A stretch of 64,000 nucleotides of DNA, from assembly GCA_010093705.1 (NCBI GenBank), contig MU006089.1:477570-541569 (forward strand), read 5' to 3'. Shown here piece by piece: positions 24,063 to 36,658 of this stretch (positions are counted from its first letter, which is position 1; the number at the start of each line of letters is the position of its first letter). This stretch comes from Patellaria atrata CBS 101060 (Eukaryota). Position numbers and translations under genes: made by a program. The notes beneath the pieces were generated by a model, which was not told the origin of the DNA, searched no databases, and worked only from the letters and a program-made list of their open reading frames with translations.

Positions 24063-24725
24063 TTCTTTTGTATTTTTTGCCTTATTTACTATTCGCATTT
24101 CTCCTTTCATTTTGCATACACCTCACCGGGGCGAATAATGCCACAAAGTTCAACATAGGCGATCTATTTGGGCAAATGCTGCTCTCAGCTCTACCACATA
24201 CTGGGATCCATTATTTTTGTATATATTGCAGGGCATTACGGCGCTCATGGACTGCGGCGGTGTTGGGCGGATGTACTGTATGATTAAAGATGCTGTAGGT
24301 GCGGCATGGGGACATTGGATTGAATATCGGAAAGAGAATGTAATATTCTTACGTTATGTTTCTAATTTGAAATTGTTACACCGGTATTTAAAAAGAAGAT
24401 GGTGTCATGATGCCAGAAATAATTTTTCATTGGCGGGGCAGATTTCAGGAACAGGAAAAGATAACAGGATACCCCTGATAACGATTTGCATGACCGTTAT
24501 CGATAAGTCGATTTGAGGCTTGCAGCAACGCCTTGACCACAGCTCGGTTCCCATTCAAGCTTGCATCACAGACGCGTCGGTTCTCACGATATCCCAAGCG
24601 TTTTTACAACACATATCTTCTCGTTACCGTCAATTGCTGCAATTATCTCTCCGATTGTCCTCTTACACGCGTTGTTCTTTGTGCCAAGTCCATATTTCCC
24701 TATAATTACTGTACTGAAACCGTAC

Positions 24726-26514
24726 ATGGCTTTTCTATTACATGAACGTGATATTGCACACGACACCCATGAGCCTCCTAGCTCTCCGCCTTCCCTACCG
24801 TCACTACCAGAAGTACCCCTTACCCTTCGGAAAAAACGTAGTCGCCCAATTGACGACTATGACATTCTCTTAACCAGTGATCCTCCCTTATTTTCGAGCG
24901 ACGACAACCCTCTCGATGCATCTGTGGACGATTATCGAGAGGGTGGGAAAAGGAAGAAGCAATATCATGGCGTCTGGTGGCATCAGAACCAGAGACCGGG
25001 GGTATTAGCATCCGGTACGGATTTTTCTGCCCCCAAATCAGTATTCTCCCGAAACATGGACAGCGGAGTGTGGATGGGAAGTGACTGCACAGAAGACGAT
25101 ATCACTCCGGAAGTCGTACAGGGAGACGTTTCCACGCCGACCACTTCATTTCGCCGGCACCTTGCCACTCTAGCCGAACAGAGATCCCAGGAAGAAGCAT
25201 GCGTTCAGAAGATACACAAGCTACTGGAGCAGGGCATGGAAACGGTGGACTTAAGGTGTGTATACGTGCGTTTCCTTGGTTCTCCTAATGCTTAGCGTTG
25301 AAGCGTTTATTTAGAGTCCAGTCATACGAACGGGTCATATAGGTACAGGATGCCGTGTAACTAAGACGGCACTCTGTAGCGAGTAGCAAATTATGGTATA
25401 TTCTATGCTACAGCTAATCATTGCTAGTGATTCATATCTACAGTCAATATCTGATGCGACTATCCGACCTCTACACTCACTGATCAAACATCCGCAAGTC
25501 GATGATCGCCCACCAAGTCCGGAGGGCTACGAGCCCTTTACACCTTCGCTCAAGATTTTCCTTTCTGGGAACATGCTTCGGACACTACCGCAGGAGCTAT
25601 TCAATCTGGATAATCTAACAGTTCTAAGTTTACGCAATAACGAGCTTACCGAACTTCCACCATTGATATTTCGATTGCGCAACCTTGTGGAGTTAAATAT
25701 TGCCAGAAATCTATTGCGATGGTTACCATGGGAGTTGTTGCATCTTTTGGGGACAGGCAAGAGGCTCAAAAGGCTCACGCTCCTTCCTAATCCGTTCGTC
25801 CGCGGTGTCGATCTCCATGGAACAATAGTGAAAAATGGATATTGGAATATCCCGACTACCATTAGTGAAACTGAAGAAGCTATTGAGACTCTAGAACAGG
25901 AATTGAGCGAATCGGATTCCTCGCAACATTCACTACAGATTGCATGGATGTTAAAATTGCTACGTACATTCCTATACAGAATGAACAGGGCAATAAAAAT
26001 TCCTGGTGCCGATATCGCGAAGACCATATGGAAGTCCGACCCAGTCTATTTAGGCTCAAGCTCATTAGCATTCAAAGGGTTCGATGGAGTTTTGGATCCC
26101 CTCTCACCTCCTTGGCCCAGTTCGTTTCCTGCTGAGGTGACGAAAGTTCCGGCTGCAAGGATGAGTGAGGACGTCCTACACGAGCGCTTGAAGACATCAT
26201 CGTGCGTCCCCTCACTTTTCGAGATCAGCCTCCGGGAGTGCGCCAAACACGACCTCAATCTGGTAACGCGCTATGCTGCTGAGGCATCCGCGCCGGTACA
26301 GCGAGCTCTGCAGGGAGCAAGTACTATCAAGAGTAGTGGCGGTCGGATATGTTCCATATGCGGCTCCTCGTACGTCCTTGCACGTGCCGAATGGGTTGAG
26401 TATTGGCATTATGTTCCAGAGTTCCTTACTTGTCGACCTGAAGAATTGTTTATACCATTTGTCAGGCAAGCTTGTAGTTTGGCTTGTGCGAAGGAGCATG
26501 AAGCTCCGCCATGA
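24726..26514 (+). CDS. Leucine-rich repeat protein of unknown function
   Basis: LRRs (LSGNMLRTLP, LSLRNNELTELP, LNIARNLLRWLP), a VPSLFEISLR box and C-terminal CxxC...CSxxC. Intron 25256-25427 joins VDL-S-DSYL. Confidence 0.82.
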
Positions 26515-27000
26515 GCCGCATTGTCGGGAATCACTGTAAGCTACGGAACAAAATGATCGAGTAGATATTGACCTTGTAAACAGAAATAGCATTATTGATG
26601 ACATGAGTTACCTTATGGCATGGGTTTTTAGTGCCTCGCGGGTCCGCGCATGTAGAGGATGATCAAACATTACATCCAATTGCTCTATGTGCACCTGGTC
26701 AATTGTCAACTACCCCCCGGTCTTTCCGCCCCGCCATGTCCGCCAAACACTACCTACAAAAGTATCTTGAGATGATCTGACGTCGGACAGCACAACATCT
26801 CCGGCTACATTCTCCTCCAAACGCTTGTTCCTTCCTGATTTGTTCTTTCCTTTGTTGATTGATACATGCCGTTTTTCGCCCTGAGAAATACTCCACGCCA
26901 TTACCTCCTACCGCAGCTGAAACTTGCTATTCCCAACCCTTACCCACCCCTCCATATCTCCATCATACGCTCTTACGCTTCACAACAAGGCGCCACGAAA

Positions 27001-28225
27001 ATGACCTCGAAGATCGAAGAAGCTAAACAGTCCGCGGCCCGTAAAGCCGTCGAGGACCACTTCGATCCCAACTTCAGCTATGTCGGCATCGGGTCCGGAA
27101 CTACCATCATCTACGTTATCGAAGCAATCAAGGAGCGCAGCTCAAACCCGCAAATCCAATTCGTGCCTACGGGATACCAATCACGTCAAGCGATCGTAGA
27201 TGCGGGACTAAAGCCCATTGCATTTGATAGTCTGCCTAATGACGTATTACTGGACGTCGCATTCGACGGTGCGGATGAGGTTGACGAGGACCTGAACTGT
27301 ATCAAGGGCGGCGGGGCTTGTCTGTTCCAAGAGAAATTGGTAGCGGAGCGCGCGAGGAAGTTCGTCTGTGTTGCTGGTATGTTCATCTGATCGTCTTTAT
27401 CACACTCCGCCTCTGATGTCCGCTCCTCCCGTCGCTTCTACTCCATTGTGACCTCCTACCTCCCTCTTCTATCTTTCCCTTCCTCTTCTCCCCACTTTCC
27501 TATTACATTCCTCTCCTCTCTATGCTATCCTTGGCTATCCTCTTTTCCTTTCTGTTTTCATATCTTCTCTTCATTCTCCGCCTTCCATCCATCACTCTCT
27601 TAATAAGTTTCTTTCCACACGTCTCCGTTTCTATCATTTCTACTCCTCCTCTCTTTCCCCCAATCTCCCCTTCCCTCCCACTTCCCCCTATCTCCTTCCC
27701 CAACGACCCCAACGCTCCTAACCCCCCCCTGCTCCCCCCTTAGACTACCGCAAAGACCAACCCCGCCTCCTAACAACCTGGCCCACCATCCCCATCGAAA
27801 TCGCCCCCCTCTCCGCCCCCGTCGTCCTCTCCGCCCTCCGCGCTCTCGGCTCCCCCTCCCCCACCATCCGCTCGAACAAGCAGGCGAAAGCCGGACCCCT
27901 GAAAACAGACCAAGACTTTTTCATCGTCGACGCGCCGTTCCCCCCACTTTTACTGCCGCAGGACGTTACGGGATCCGGCGACGGTACTAAATTTGGCGAG
28001 GGAGGAGAGGGGAAGTGGGAAGTCGGTAGTCTGGCAAAGAGAATCAAGGAGATCACGGGCGTGTTGGACGTGGGGATTTTCTGGGGGGTTGATGGTGCAC
28101 AGGCATTGAAAGAGGGACGTGGGAAGGGCGGACAGAGGCCTGTTGCTGTTTATTTTGGGTTGCAGGATGGACGGGTTAAGTTGAGGACTGTGGAGACGGG
28201 GTTGGAAGGGAGGATCTTGGATTGA
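27001..28225 (+). CDS. RKI1: Ribose-5-phosphate isomerase A
   Basis: GIGSGTT, DGADEVD, IKGGGACLFQEK. Intron 27377-27743 joins VA-D-YRK, followed by KAGPLKTDQDFFIVD and ITGVLDVGIF. In-frame upstream ATG at 26866. Confidence 0.95.
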
Positions 28226-28530
28226 GGGATTGCCGATTTCCCGGATGGTGTGGCTTTGCTTAGATTTTGAGAGTGCATGTGCGTGTAGATAAATAGTTAG
28301 AGTGTGTGATGTGGTGGGTCGGGCTGTGAGCAGTCTTGCTCGCATAGAGGAGGAAATGAATTGTATAGACCGTTCCTCAATTAGCGAAGATACTTTGACA
28401 TCGTACACCAAAAACGCCTCATGCACCCCGCTAAATGCATAAGAACCAAAGCCAAATGCAACGGCACAATTCTAACCCCTCTATTCAACCAAATTCAACG
28501 CTCTATTATTCTCCCCCAAACACCCCGCCC

Positions 28531-29516
28531 TCAAAAATTCCTCGATGTCCCACCGAAAAATCTCCCCCTTTTCGCCCCATTCGCGTGTCCATGCGCTTGA
28601 CCGTTCGTGTGGCCGTTCGTGTGGCCGTTCGCATGGTACCCATTCCCATCCGCAAACTCGGCCGGTGCGCCATCGCGCATGCCCATCTCCACGGTAGTGG
28701 CGCGGGATTGGTGATGCTTAGTGCGGAGAGCAGGGACGAAGTCGATAAAGAAGGAGAGGATATAGAAGGTAAAGATAAGAGCGATGATCCACTCGAGGAC
28801 GGCAGCTTCGTTGTATTTGTCTTGTCTCTGGCAAACTCCAAAAGCTTCAGACGAAAAAAAAATTAAAAATTAAATTAGTCTAGCAATAACGGGATTTGTG
28901 AAGTTGGGCAGAAACTTACCGATGGCGAGGGCGACTTCGACGAGGATGAAGGCGAGCTTGATCCAGAAGGAGGCGCGCAGGAGCCTGTGTTCGCGGTAGT
29001 GGAAGCCGAGACGCTGGTACTCGGCGCAGGTGAAGACAGCGGAGAGGATGTAGCCGCCGATGAAGATGCCTAGGAATGCGTTGTGCATGCGCCCGTGTCG
29101 AAGGCTGTCGAATACAGTGAGAAGGATGAGGCCAGCGGCGCCGGCGATAGCAGCGAGGATCGAGAGGATCGAGAGCGCGTTTTGCAAGTTGGAGGTCGTC
29201 GGGTGGAGGCGTCCGCGATGTCGCAGCCAGCGCTCGAAGATGAAGGATAGGTCTAGGGTTACGACGGTCACGGCGCCCATAGCGATAAAGAGCGGTTTTA
29301 GCTTGTCGGCTCCGATGTCTGAGATGTACCTGCACGTTGTCAGTTCGAGGGTCGAGTGTATCTGAAGCAGGTGACTTACGCGATCTGCTGTTTTGCATCC
29401 ATGGATAGATAGTGAGGTGATCCGTCGATTAGCCATGTCAGGAGCATGGCGAGTAGCATTGCTAGCCACACGCATGCTGCGAACAGCGGAAACACCCAGT
29501 ATGAAAACCCCCACAT
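28531..29516 (-). CDS. SFK1: Frag1/DRAM/Sfk1-family membrane protein
   Basis: MWGFSYWVFP...QQIA/YISDIGADKLKPLF, ERWLRHRGRL, AAVLEWIIALIFTFYILSFFID. Two introns; the protein ends SRNF (TGA at 28531-28533). Confidence 0.88.
28601..28630. repeat. 12-bp tandem repeat (CCGTTCGTGTGG x2.5) encoding NGHT repeats in the Sfk1-like tail
   Basis: Direct inspection: ccgttcgtgtgg ccgttcgtgtgg ccgttc. Confidence 0.7.
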
Positions 29517-30398
29517 TATGTTGCTCCCTTTAAGGACCTATTTAAGGATCTAGGAAAGTTTATGATCCCGCGACGAGGTAATTCTATCTCGGTTTTGTTC
29601 GTAGTCGAGATTCGGACGAAACGAAGACGCGACTGTCGAGGTGCAAGAGTCCGGCTCAGGAAACAGGAAGGAGAGGTAGGACTTAGGAAAGAGGATTAGA
29701 GAAGACGGTAATGAAAGAAGAACTTCTTCGGTGGAATAGACAGAAACCGGGAATGGAATTGAAGAAGTTGTAGAAAAGTATAGCTTAGGGTGATAGCCCT
29801 GTTACGGTGGTTGTTACTTGAGTGATACCAGAATACGTCACTAACCGCGCAACGCCGCGGACGGGTTTTTGCTCGTCCTCCATAACTCCGTCTTGGACTT
29901 CCTCCATCGATGGTAACACTACATTCTGAATTACGCGTACGAAAGCAATGCCTAATGAGGTGGAAATCTCTTGAAGAGAATGTCAATGTAAGATTAAACA
30001 TTGAAGATATGTCTTAGAAGCTCTTTAAGGCTGCATAAGGTACCGGACGCCTCGCATCCCCAATTAGACGCCACCAGATAGTCGAAGATCCCAACGCTAC
30101 GGAGAATTGAAAGTCTGTCAATTGGAATTTTTATACCTTTTCATCAAATAAGTATCGAATTCTAATATATCTTTCGAATCAGAACATTGTTTTTACCCCT
30201 TTCGTACACCCTGTACTGTCCATACAATTGGGGAGTCCTCTGTCCAGTGTCTCTGTAGTTAGGACTACATTTCTCCTGAGCACGGAGCTCCCGTCTGGTT
30301 GAGGCACTATTTTGACCATCGCTGCCAATTTCAACTTCACATAACCCTTTTCCATCCACATACATGAGCTTCGTGTTATAGGGGATCTACATCGCCAA

Positions 30399-30752
30399 AT
30401 GCACAGACTGTCGGGACTGCAGAGAGATGTACTCTCACTCTACCGGCAATGTCTTCGATCTGCAAGGAAAAAACCTGAAGTAAGAGCGTTACGTATTACG
30501 ATACATAGGGGTAAAAGTTAATAACAGCATAGTAGGAGACCAGAGAGAACTTCCGGTCATTTGCAGAGTATGTCTGTTCCATTAATCGCAGTTGAATTCA
30601 TACCCACTTGCTTACATTTCTTTAGAGAGGAATTTAGACAACATAAGGCCATCGATAAGAAGGACTTCTCAACAATAGAATTCCTGCTTCGTAAAGGACG
30701 AAGGCAACTAGAGACCTATGAATCGCCTGGAATCACGAATATCACACGATGA
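30399..30752 (+). CDS. SDH6: LYR-motif succinate dehydrogenase assembly factor 1
   Basis: MHRLSGLQRDVLSLYRQCLRSARKKPE, two short introns, then EEFRQH..IDKKDFSTIEFLLRKGRRQLE. Exon 1 is absent from the ORF track. Confidence 0.88.
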
Positions 30753-30834
30753 TCCTTTTGAGGTATAAGATACCGGAGGAATCGTCAACAGAAAGCCAGA
30801 AAGCATGTACAGTACATAGTTGTATCCTAATCGA

Positions 30835-33696
30835 TTATCGGACGATCGCATAGTCTATCTCCTTATCAACTCCATTAACACTTACCCCTGTACCCATCAG
30901 TTCGTTCATTTCTCCTAGTGTGAATTCAACAAGGTAACTTTCATCTACCAGTTCTTCCGTCCGCTTAAAGTGCCTTTCAGTATACGCTTTCAAAGCATCC
31001 AATACATCTTTCAGACTATTTTTAGCTTCTTTAGCACCGCTAACCTTGAGATTCGCCAACCGGTTTGCGGGATAACTGCGTACAATAACGCTGAGCACTC
31101 GCTGTGCCACAGTCGCCGTGCGCGCATTTACGTTCCAATCCCGAATTCTTAGGAGTAATCTGAAAAGTTGCTCGTCTGCGAGATTTGCGATAACATCATC
31201 GACTGCTTTGCGGCCGATGAGGCTACCTGGCTCAGGTACATCACTTTCCACCACCGTTTTGAATAAGGAAAACAATCGCCCAGGTTGATCTAGAGCCAGA
31301 GCAAGGGTGATGGCCTCGCGGTAGTTTCCAGTGTAGATGAAGTTATCTAACTGCTGATTCTCCTCTATTTGCTTTGTTTCTGCAACCGCAGCTTGCGTCA
31401 GGGTAATCGCCGTAGTATCAGTCCAGAAAGTTACCATGCTGTCGGCACCGCCAGAGATCAATTGAATCGCACTTTCTGGGCCGGCCTCGTTGTTCTCATC
31501 GTCTTCTTCCGTTTCTGACCGGTCGGTACGTTCAGTCAAAGCCGCAGCTAGAGCCCATACTCGGTCGGTGTGATTATCCAACGTAGTAGCCAATTCACCG
31601 CTCACGGTGTCCCAAACCTTGACCAAGCCGTCGCCACCCGCTGACGCTATGAGAGCACCACGTTTGTCGCGAGCACCTATTTGGATGAAAGGAAGCCAAA
31701 GGACTTTGAGAACGCTGTTAGTATGACCTTCAAATGTAAGAAGACAAGTGTAGTCTGCTAGGTTCCAGATTTTGACAGTTTTATCTCCGCTTCCGGTCGC
31801 GATAAGACCCTTGCGGCCACTCGATCCTGTCGCTGGGATATCTTTAGGAGCAAATTTCACTGTCCATACACCGCGACGATGGCCACGAAGTACGCCTTGG
31901 GTCTCGCCTTCTTCTACAGACCAGATCTTCACTGTTTTGTCTTGAGATGCTGAAGCGAATAGAGTTGAAGTATAATTGGCGTCAAGAGAATTAATATCTT
32001 TATCATGAGCTTTCCGCGTATATGTCGCTCTTGTCGTCTTCTTGTTGGAAATCTCCCACCGCTTCACGGTCTTATCTTGGGATCCTGTGACGAGAAATCG
32101 CGGCGGATGGTTAAGAGGGTCACTGTGAGCTTTAGAACCAGGTGGAGGAGCGCGTGGTAGTGTTATCGCTCCAACAGATTCGGCATGGCCTGTAAATGTA
32201 GCATAACATGTATATGAATCATTCTCCGGATCTAACCGCCAAAGACGAGCCGTATTATCTTTAGCACCAGTGGCAAGCCAGTGACCTGACCAATCTGCGT
32301 CTATGCAAATAATGATTTCTTCGTGACCTTTCAGAAGAGTCACGTCGGCACCAAAGTGATTGCCGCCAATATCACTATTACCTATTGTTTCTGTACGATC
32401 AGCTCCAGTCGATCCTAATGAAACGAGTCTTATGTCTTCCGAATTGGTAGCAAGAGCGAGCAGGGACTGATTCGAACCGACATATGCAAGGTCAATAACC
32501 TCATCATAAGTTCCTGATATACGCCGCAAAATGGGTAGCGCATCCATCGGAGTTGCGCCAAACTCCCGATCCACGGGAGCAAGAGAATGATAGACTAGGG
32601 TCTGGTCGGCGTGAACAGACAAGAGATAAGGTAGTTGCGGGTAGTGTATTATTTCCGTGATGCTTTCTGTCTCTGTACCCGCCTCTTGCACTCTCGTTAA
32701 TTCGGATCCCTTATCGGTAGTCCATAATCGGATCCGACCATTTTCCCCGCCGGAATATATTATGCTTCCATTCCTGACAAAGCCAATGCTCTCTACCCCC
32801 TCCAGGACAGGAATGGTTCTGCGGGTTTTCCAGGTTTTAGCATCCCAGATTATGATTGTTTTGTCTCTACTTCCCGAAATCAAAGCATTCTCAGTTTCCG
32901 AGAATTGTATACTCCGTACGACTGAGACGTGCGAGTCTAGAATGGCCGCGGATTTCCGCTTGTGGAGGTCCCATATCCTCACCTTGCCATCTTCTGTGCC
33001 TGAGGCTAGACGAAAGCTGAGTGTTGACTCCTCGGCTGGAGGCACCTCAGTGCCCTTTGTCTTCTTCCTCCCAGTAGATTCCACGGGGGTTGTAACTTTA
33101 AAGAAGTGTAGCGCAGAAATAACTCCGCTATGTCCATAGAAAGTATGTGTGACAAACCCACCTGTGATATCCCAGACCTTGACAATGCCATCTGCTCCTC
33201 CGGTAGCTATTAATGTGCCTGTATGATCCATTGCAGAAGTAACAACCGGAGATGAATGGGGTTTCAAGGTTCGCAACAGACTTGCGGAAGTTCTGCCACT
33301 GGTAAATGAGACCTCGAGCTCGAAGATGCGCATAGACAAGGAACGAGAACATATCACTAGATGGGAACCAGAAGGTGTCACTGAAGTTCATCAGCAGTGT
33401 TCAGTATAAAGCATTGAATAAGCTTACGAGAGAGAGTAGTGATATATTCCCCGTCCTATACTATGTGTCAACAGGTCAGATATGGTGGTAACAGGAAGAG
33501 TCTTCCATGGAAAGCTTACTCCTTCGATACGAGTTAAATGTTCCCCAGTGCGGATATCAGTCAGAAGAACATCCTCTCCTAGCGATCCAGCAAGTATGCG
33601 TCCATCTTCGGTCAATGCAACTGGGCCTCCAACATATATCGGCTGGATGACTTTGCTAGGAGCAAAAGTTGTTTTTAGAGCCACCCTGTGTGCCAT
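30835..33696 (-). CDS. UTP13: U3 snoRNP/SSU processome WD40 protein Utp13 (TBL3)
   Basis: N-terminus LKTTFAPSKVIQPIYVGG, many GH..WD repeats and a C-terminal Utp13 domain (LLLRIRDWNVNART, AYTERHFKR). Two 5' introns flank a ~28-nt exon. Confidence 0.92.
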
Positions 33697-34137
33697 GATG
33701 GGATGGATCGGACTTTCAGAAGCTAACTAAAGGTTCGGTCGCGTTTGCAACACATCATCTCATCGGAATATAATGCGACAAGGAGTATAAGAGTATAGAA
33801 CCCTTGAAGTGTACTGTCCTGTCATACTGCGGGATATCAGAAAAATATCATGAATGGACCGTGCGTGCAGCCGCATCTAGCCAAAAGAGGAAATCTCCGC
33901 ACAACCTCGTTGAACGTCGAGAGAGCTTGCCAGAACTAGTTCTGGTCTGGCACGTGCAATCGTGATATTTCAACTCCAACATTCACAACATCCTCCTTCA
34001 CCTTCCACGATGTAATTGCCAAGCTAAACAAACGACCCGCCCGGTCTTGCAAATTTTCCAAATGTTGTTGACTCACCTCTCTCACAACAACTCTCACCTC
34101 TACATCTCAACCATCTCAGAATTCGCAGATTCTCAAG

Positions 34138-36070
34138 ATGGCACGCTACGCATATCTGCAACGCATAATCCTCGTAAGTATTCCATCTATCTATCCAGCT
34201 TGAGGCTTTTTTTGAATATCTCTGACTTTGTTTAGGGTCGGTCTGCTTACGAGGCGCCGGATGAGATTCCTGCCTCCATCTCAGTAGAAACCGAGCTAGT
34301 GCAAACAACGCAACCCGACATTGATCAAAATGGAGATACAATCCATGCCAACGGATACGTCCAGCTTTATGATGAACGCGGCCATCCTGTTAATCCCAGG
34401 GCGCGTGCTTATGCTCGCGCAATGCGAGAAGCGCAGAACGATGTCCTCGCAGCTGTCGGTGTTGTTGTCCGAAATAATCAACAAAATCAAGAACGTGAAC
34501 GTATTGCAGAGAACGCTCTTCCTTCCGAGGAAGATCGAAAGACTCTCGTCAACGCACTCAATGAGAATAGAGCAGGTGTAATCATTACCGAGTCGTTTAG
34601 TCTGCTTAGGTTTCTGTGCACTTTTTGGAGTTTTTCCTTAGGAAACCGAATTTCGGTTCGTAACTTCTCAGCTTGATACGTATAAGTCCTAACATTCCAA
34701 GTTATTCGAATCACCTCCTGGGATGAATTTCCTCCAGCTCGTGAGCGAGCAGATCTCAGCAATGGGACTACTCAACTTCTTTACCGCCGGCTTACCAAGC
34801 TCTTTGCTCATCAATTTCCTAAGATCTTATCCCCAGTTGGATTGGTACCTCGTACGGATATTCGATTTATTCGCCTTTGGAACCAATCTATCTATGTATC
34901 GAAGGTATCGAACCCTGAGGCCGTCACTTCGGAATGGGTGAGTGTTCCGCACCTAATCCAACCAAATCTCCAAGCGTGAATTATCTTTCTGATTTTCTTC
35001 ATAGGATGCGTAGAATGCTTCAAATCGCTTCCATACCACTTACGGTTCACATGTACGGACAGACTCTAGGTCTAGTGCCTTCAAGTCAACTTTTTCCTCG
35101 ACTGGATAACTTCCTCGTCTATTTGGGTCTCGACTCCTTGTATCGTATGTCTCTTACCCTTCGAAATCCTAGCATCCACGGCGTTAGACGTTTCCTCGAT
35201 TCCCTACTAAGAACACCTTTGGTATCATTACCCATCTGGAATTACATAGAGCTTACTACACGCCTATACGTGACGAGAGTGATACCAAAGGGCTTATTAT
35301 GCCCTTTGGACTATGACTATGTATCCACGACCAAAGAACAAACTTCCTCCAGGGCATCTACAGGACACTTTGGGCTAAGAGAGTTCATCTCTAGACCGTT
35401 GTCTTATCTCGGGTTTCCTAATACCTTTAATGGTATAAGGACGGAAAGCTCAGAGGACCAGGGCCTAGTACCACAAGCCCACGAACGAACCCAAACCTCC
35501 TTCATACGCCCTGAACTAAATACTGATGAGAATTCCGTCCTAGTCTCGCCTCCCTCGTCATCTACCCCCAGCTCCTCCAGTGGCGCTGGGGGTGCGACGA
35601 TACGGATCTCAGAGCAGAATGGGGCGAGAGGGTCAGTACATCTTGAGATCTCCATTGGAGAATACGCAGAGGAAAGTGTACCAACAATAACAAACGGCAG
35701 TGCTCCCCGGTACCACCTCTCGGCGCTCTCGATGGCGCCGAACGTCGCGGGCAGGAGAATCCTTGCCGTCGCGATTGACGGATTCCTGCTGTTCCCGGTC
35801 CGTGTTTGGCTTCTGCAGCGCGTCGTTACTGGGCTGTTCTCTCGCTCCGGTACCCCGCTCGGCGGGGTACCGCATCCGTACGTAGGCATGCGTACCGGTG
35901 GTGTCTTTTCGCGTGGGGGGTTCCATCTCCTCGGACACATGGCGCTTTGTCACGCCATCAGACTCGTAGTCAACGGGGCCCTCTTGATCCTAGAGGCCAG
36001 AGTGGTACTCTGGGTTGGCCAGCGTTTCTTTGGCTGGAGGCAGGTGGAGGACGTGGAGGAGGAGGAGTAA
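34138..36070 (+). CDS. Fungal hypothetical multi-pass membrane protein (possible degenerate mitochondrial-carrier fold)
   Basis: Four exons: MARYAYLQRIIL/GRSAYE...YDERGHPVNP...AQNDVLAAVGV. Introns at ~34174-34235, 34656-34701 and 34938-35004 keep the frame. Several hydrophobic helices. Confidence 0.75.
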
Positions 36071-36658
36071 GGGGGAATTCTTTTGTACAATAGGTACCCG
36101 TGCTCTAAGGAGCAATTACTTTTGACTGTTCCGTACCAGTAGAATAATGAGCAGATTATGACTCTCTCATAACATGGCTCATATTGTGTCATTTACAACA
36201 ACTCCTTAATGTTCACTTCCAGCCATCCTTCACTCCTCGAGTATAGCACTCCCTAGTAGCAAATCCCACTCACCAACATAGCTAGCTGCATACACCATCC
36301 ATCAATTGCGAAAAAGATACTCGAGGTAAGTGCTGAAACAGTTAATAGAACGTACGATAATTCCTCCTCTCTAGCTTACGAAAACAGACCGTACGGTACT
36401 CGCAAGATATGAGGAAAGGGATAATGTAGAAGATACATTACAAGCCATAACAACGAGATTCGTAAACACGCGTGGAGAGCACACCCACAACAGAAGCGTC
36501 CCACCTCCCAACCAACGCTAGAAAAGTCGTTCCCAAAAGTCGTGTACAGCGTGCTCATAACCAAAACCTCCACCTGGACTCCCCGACCCCCAAATCCCCA
36601 AAAAGCCACCCATATAAATCATGTGGAAACAAGCCATCCAAGTCATAAACATAACACG

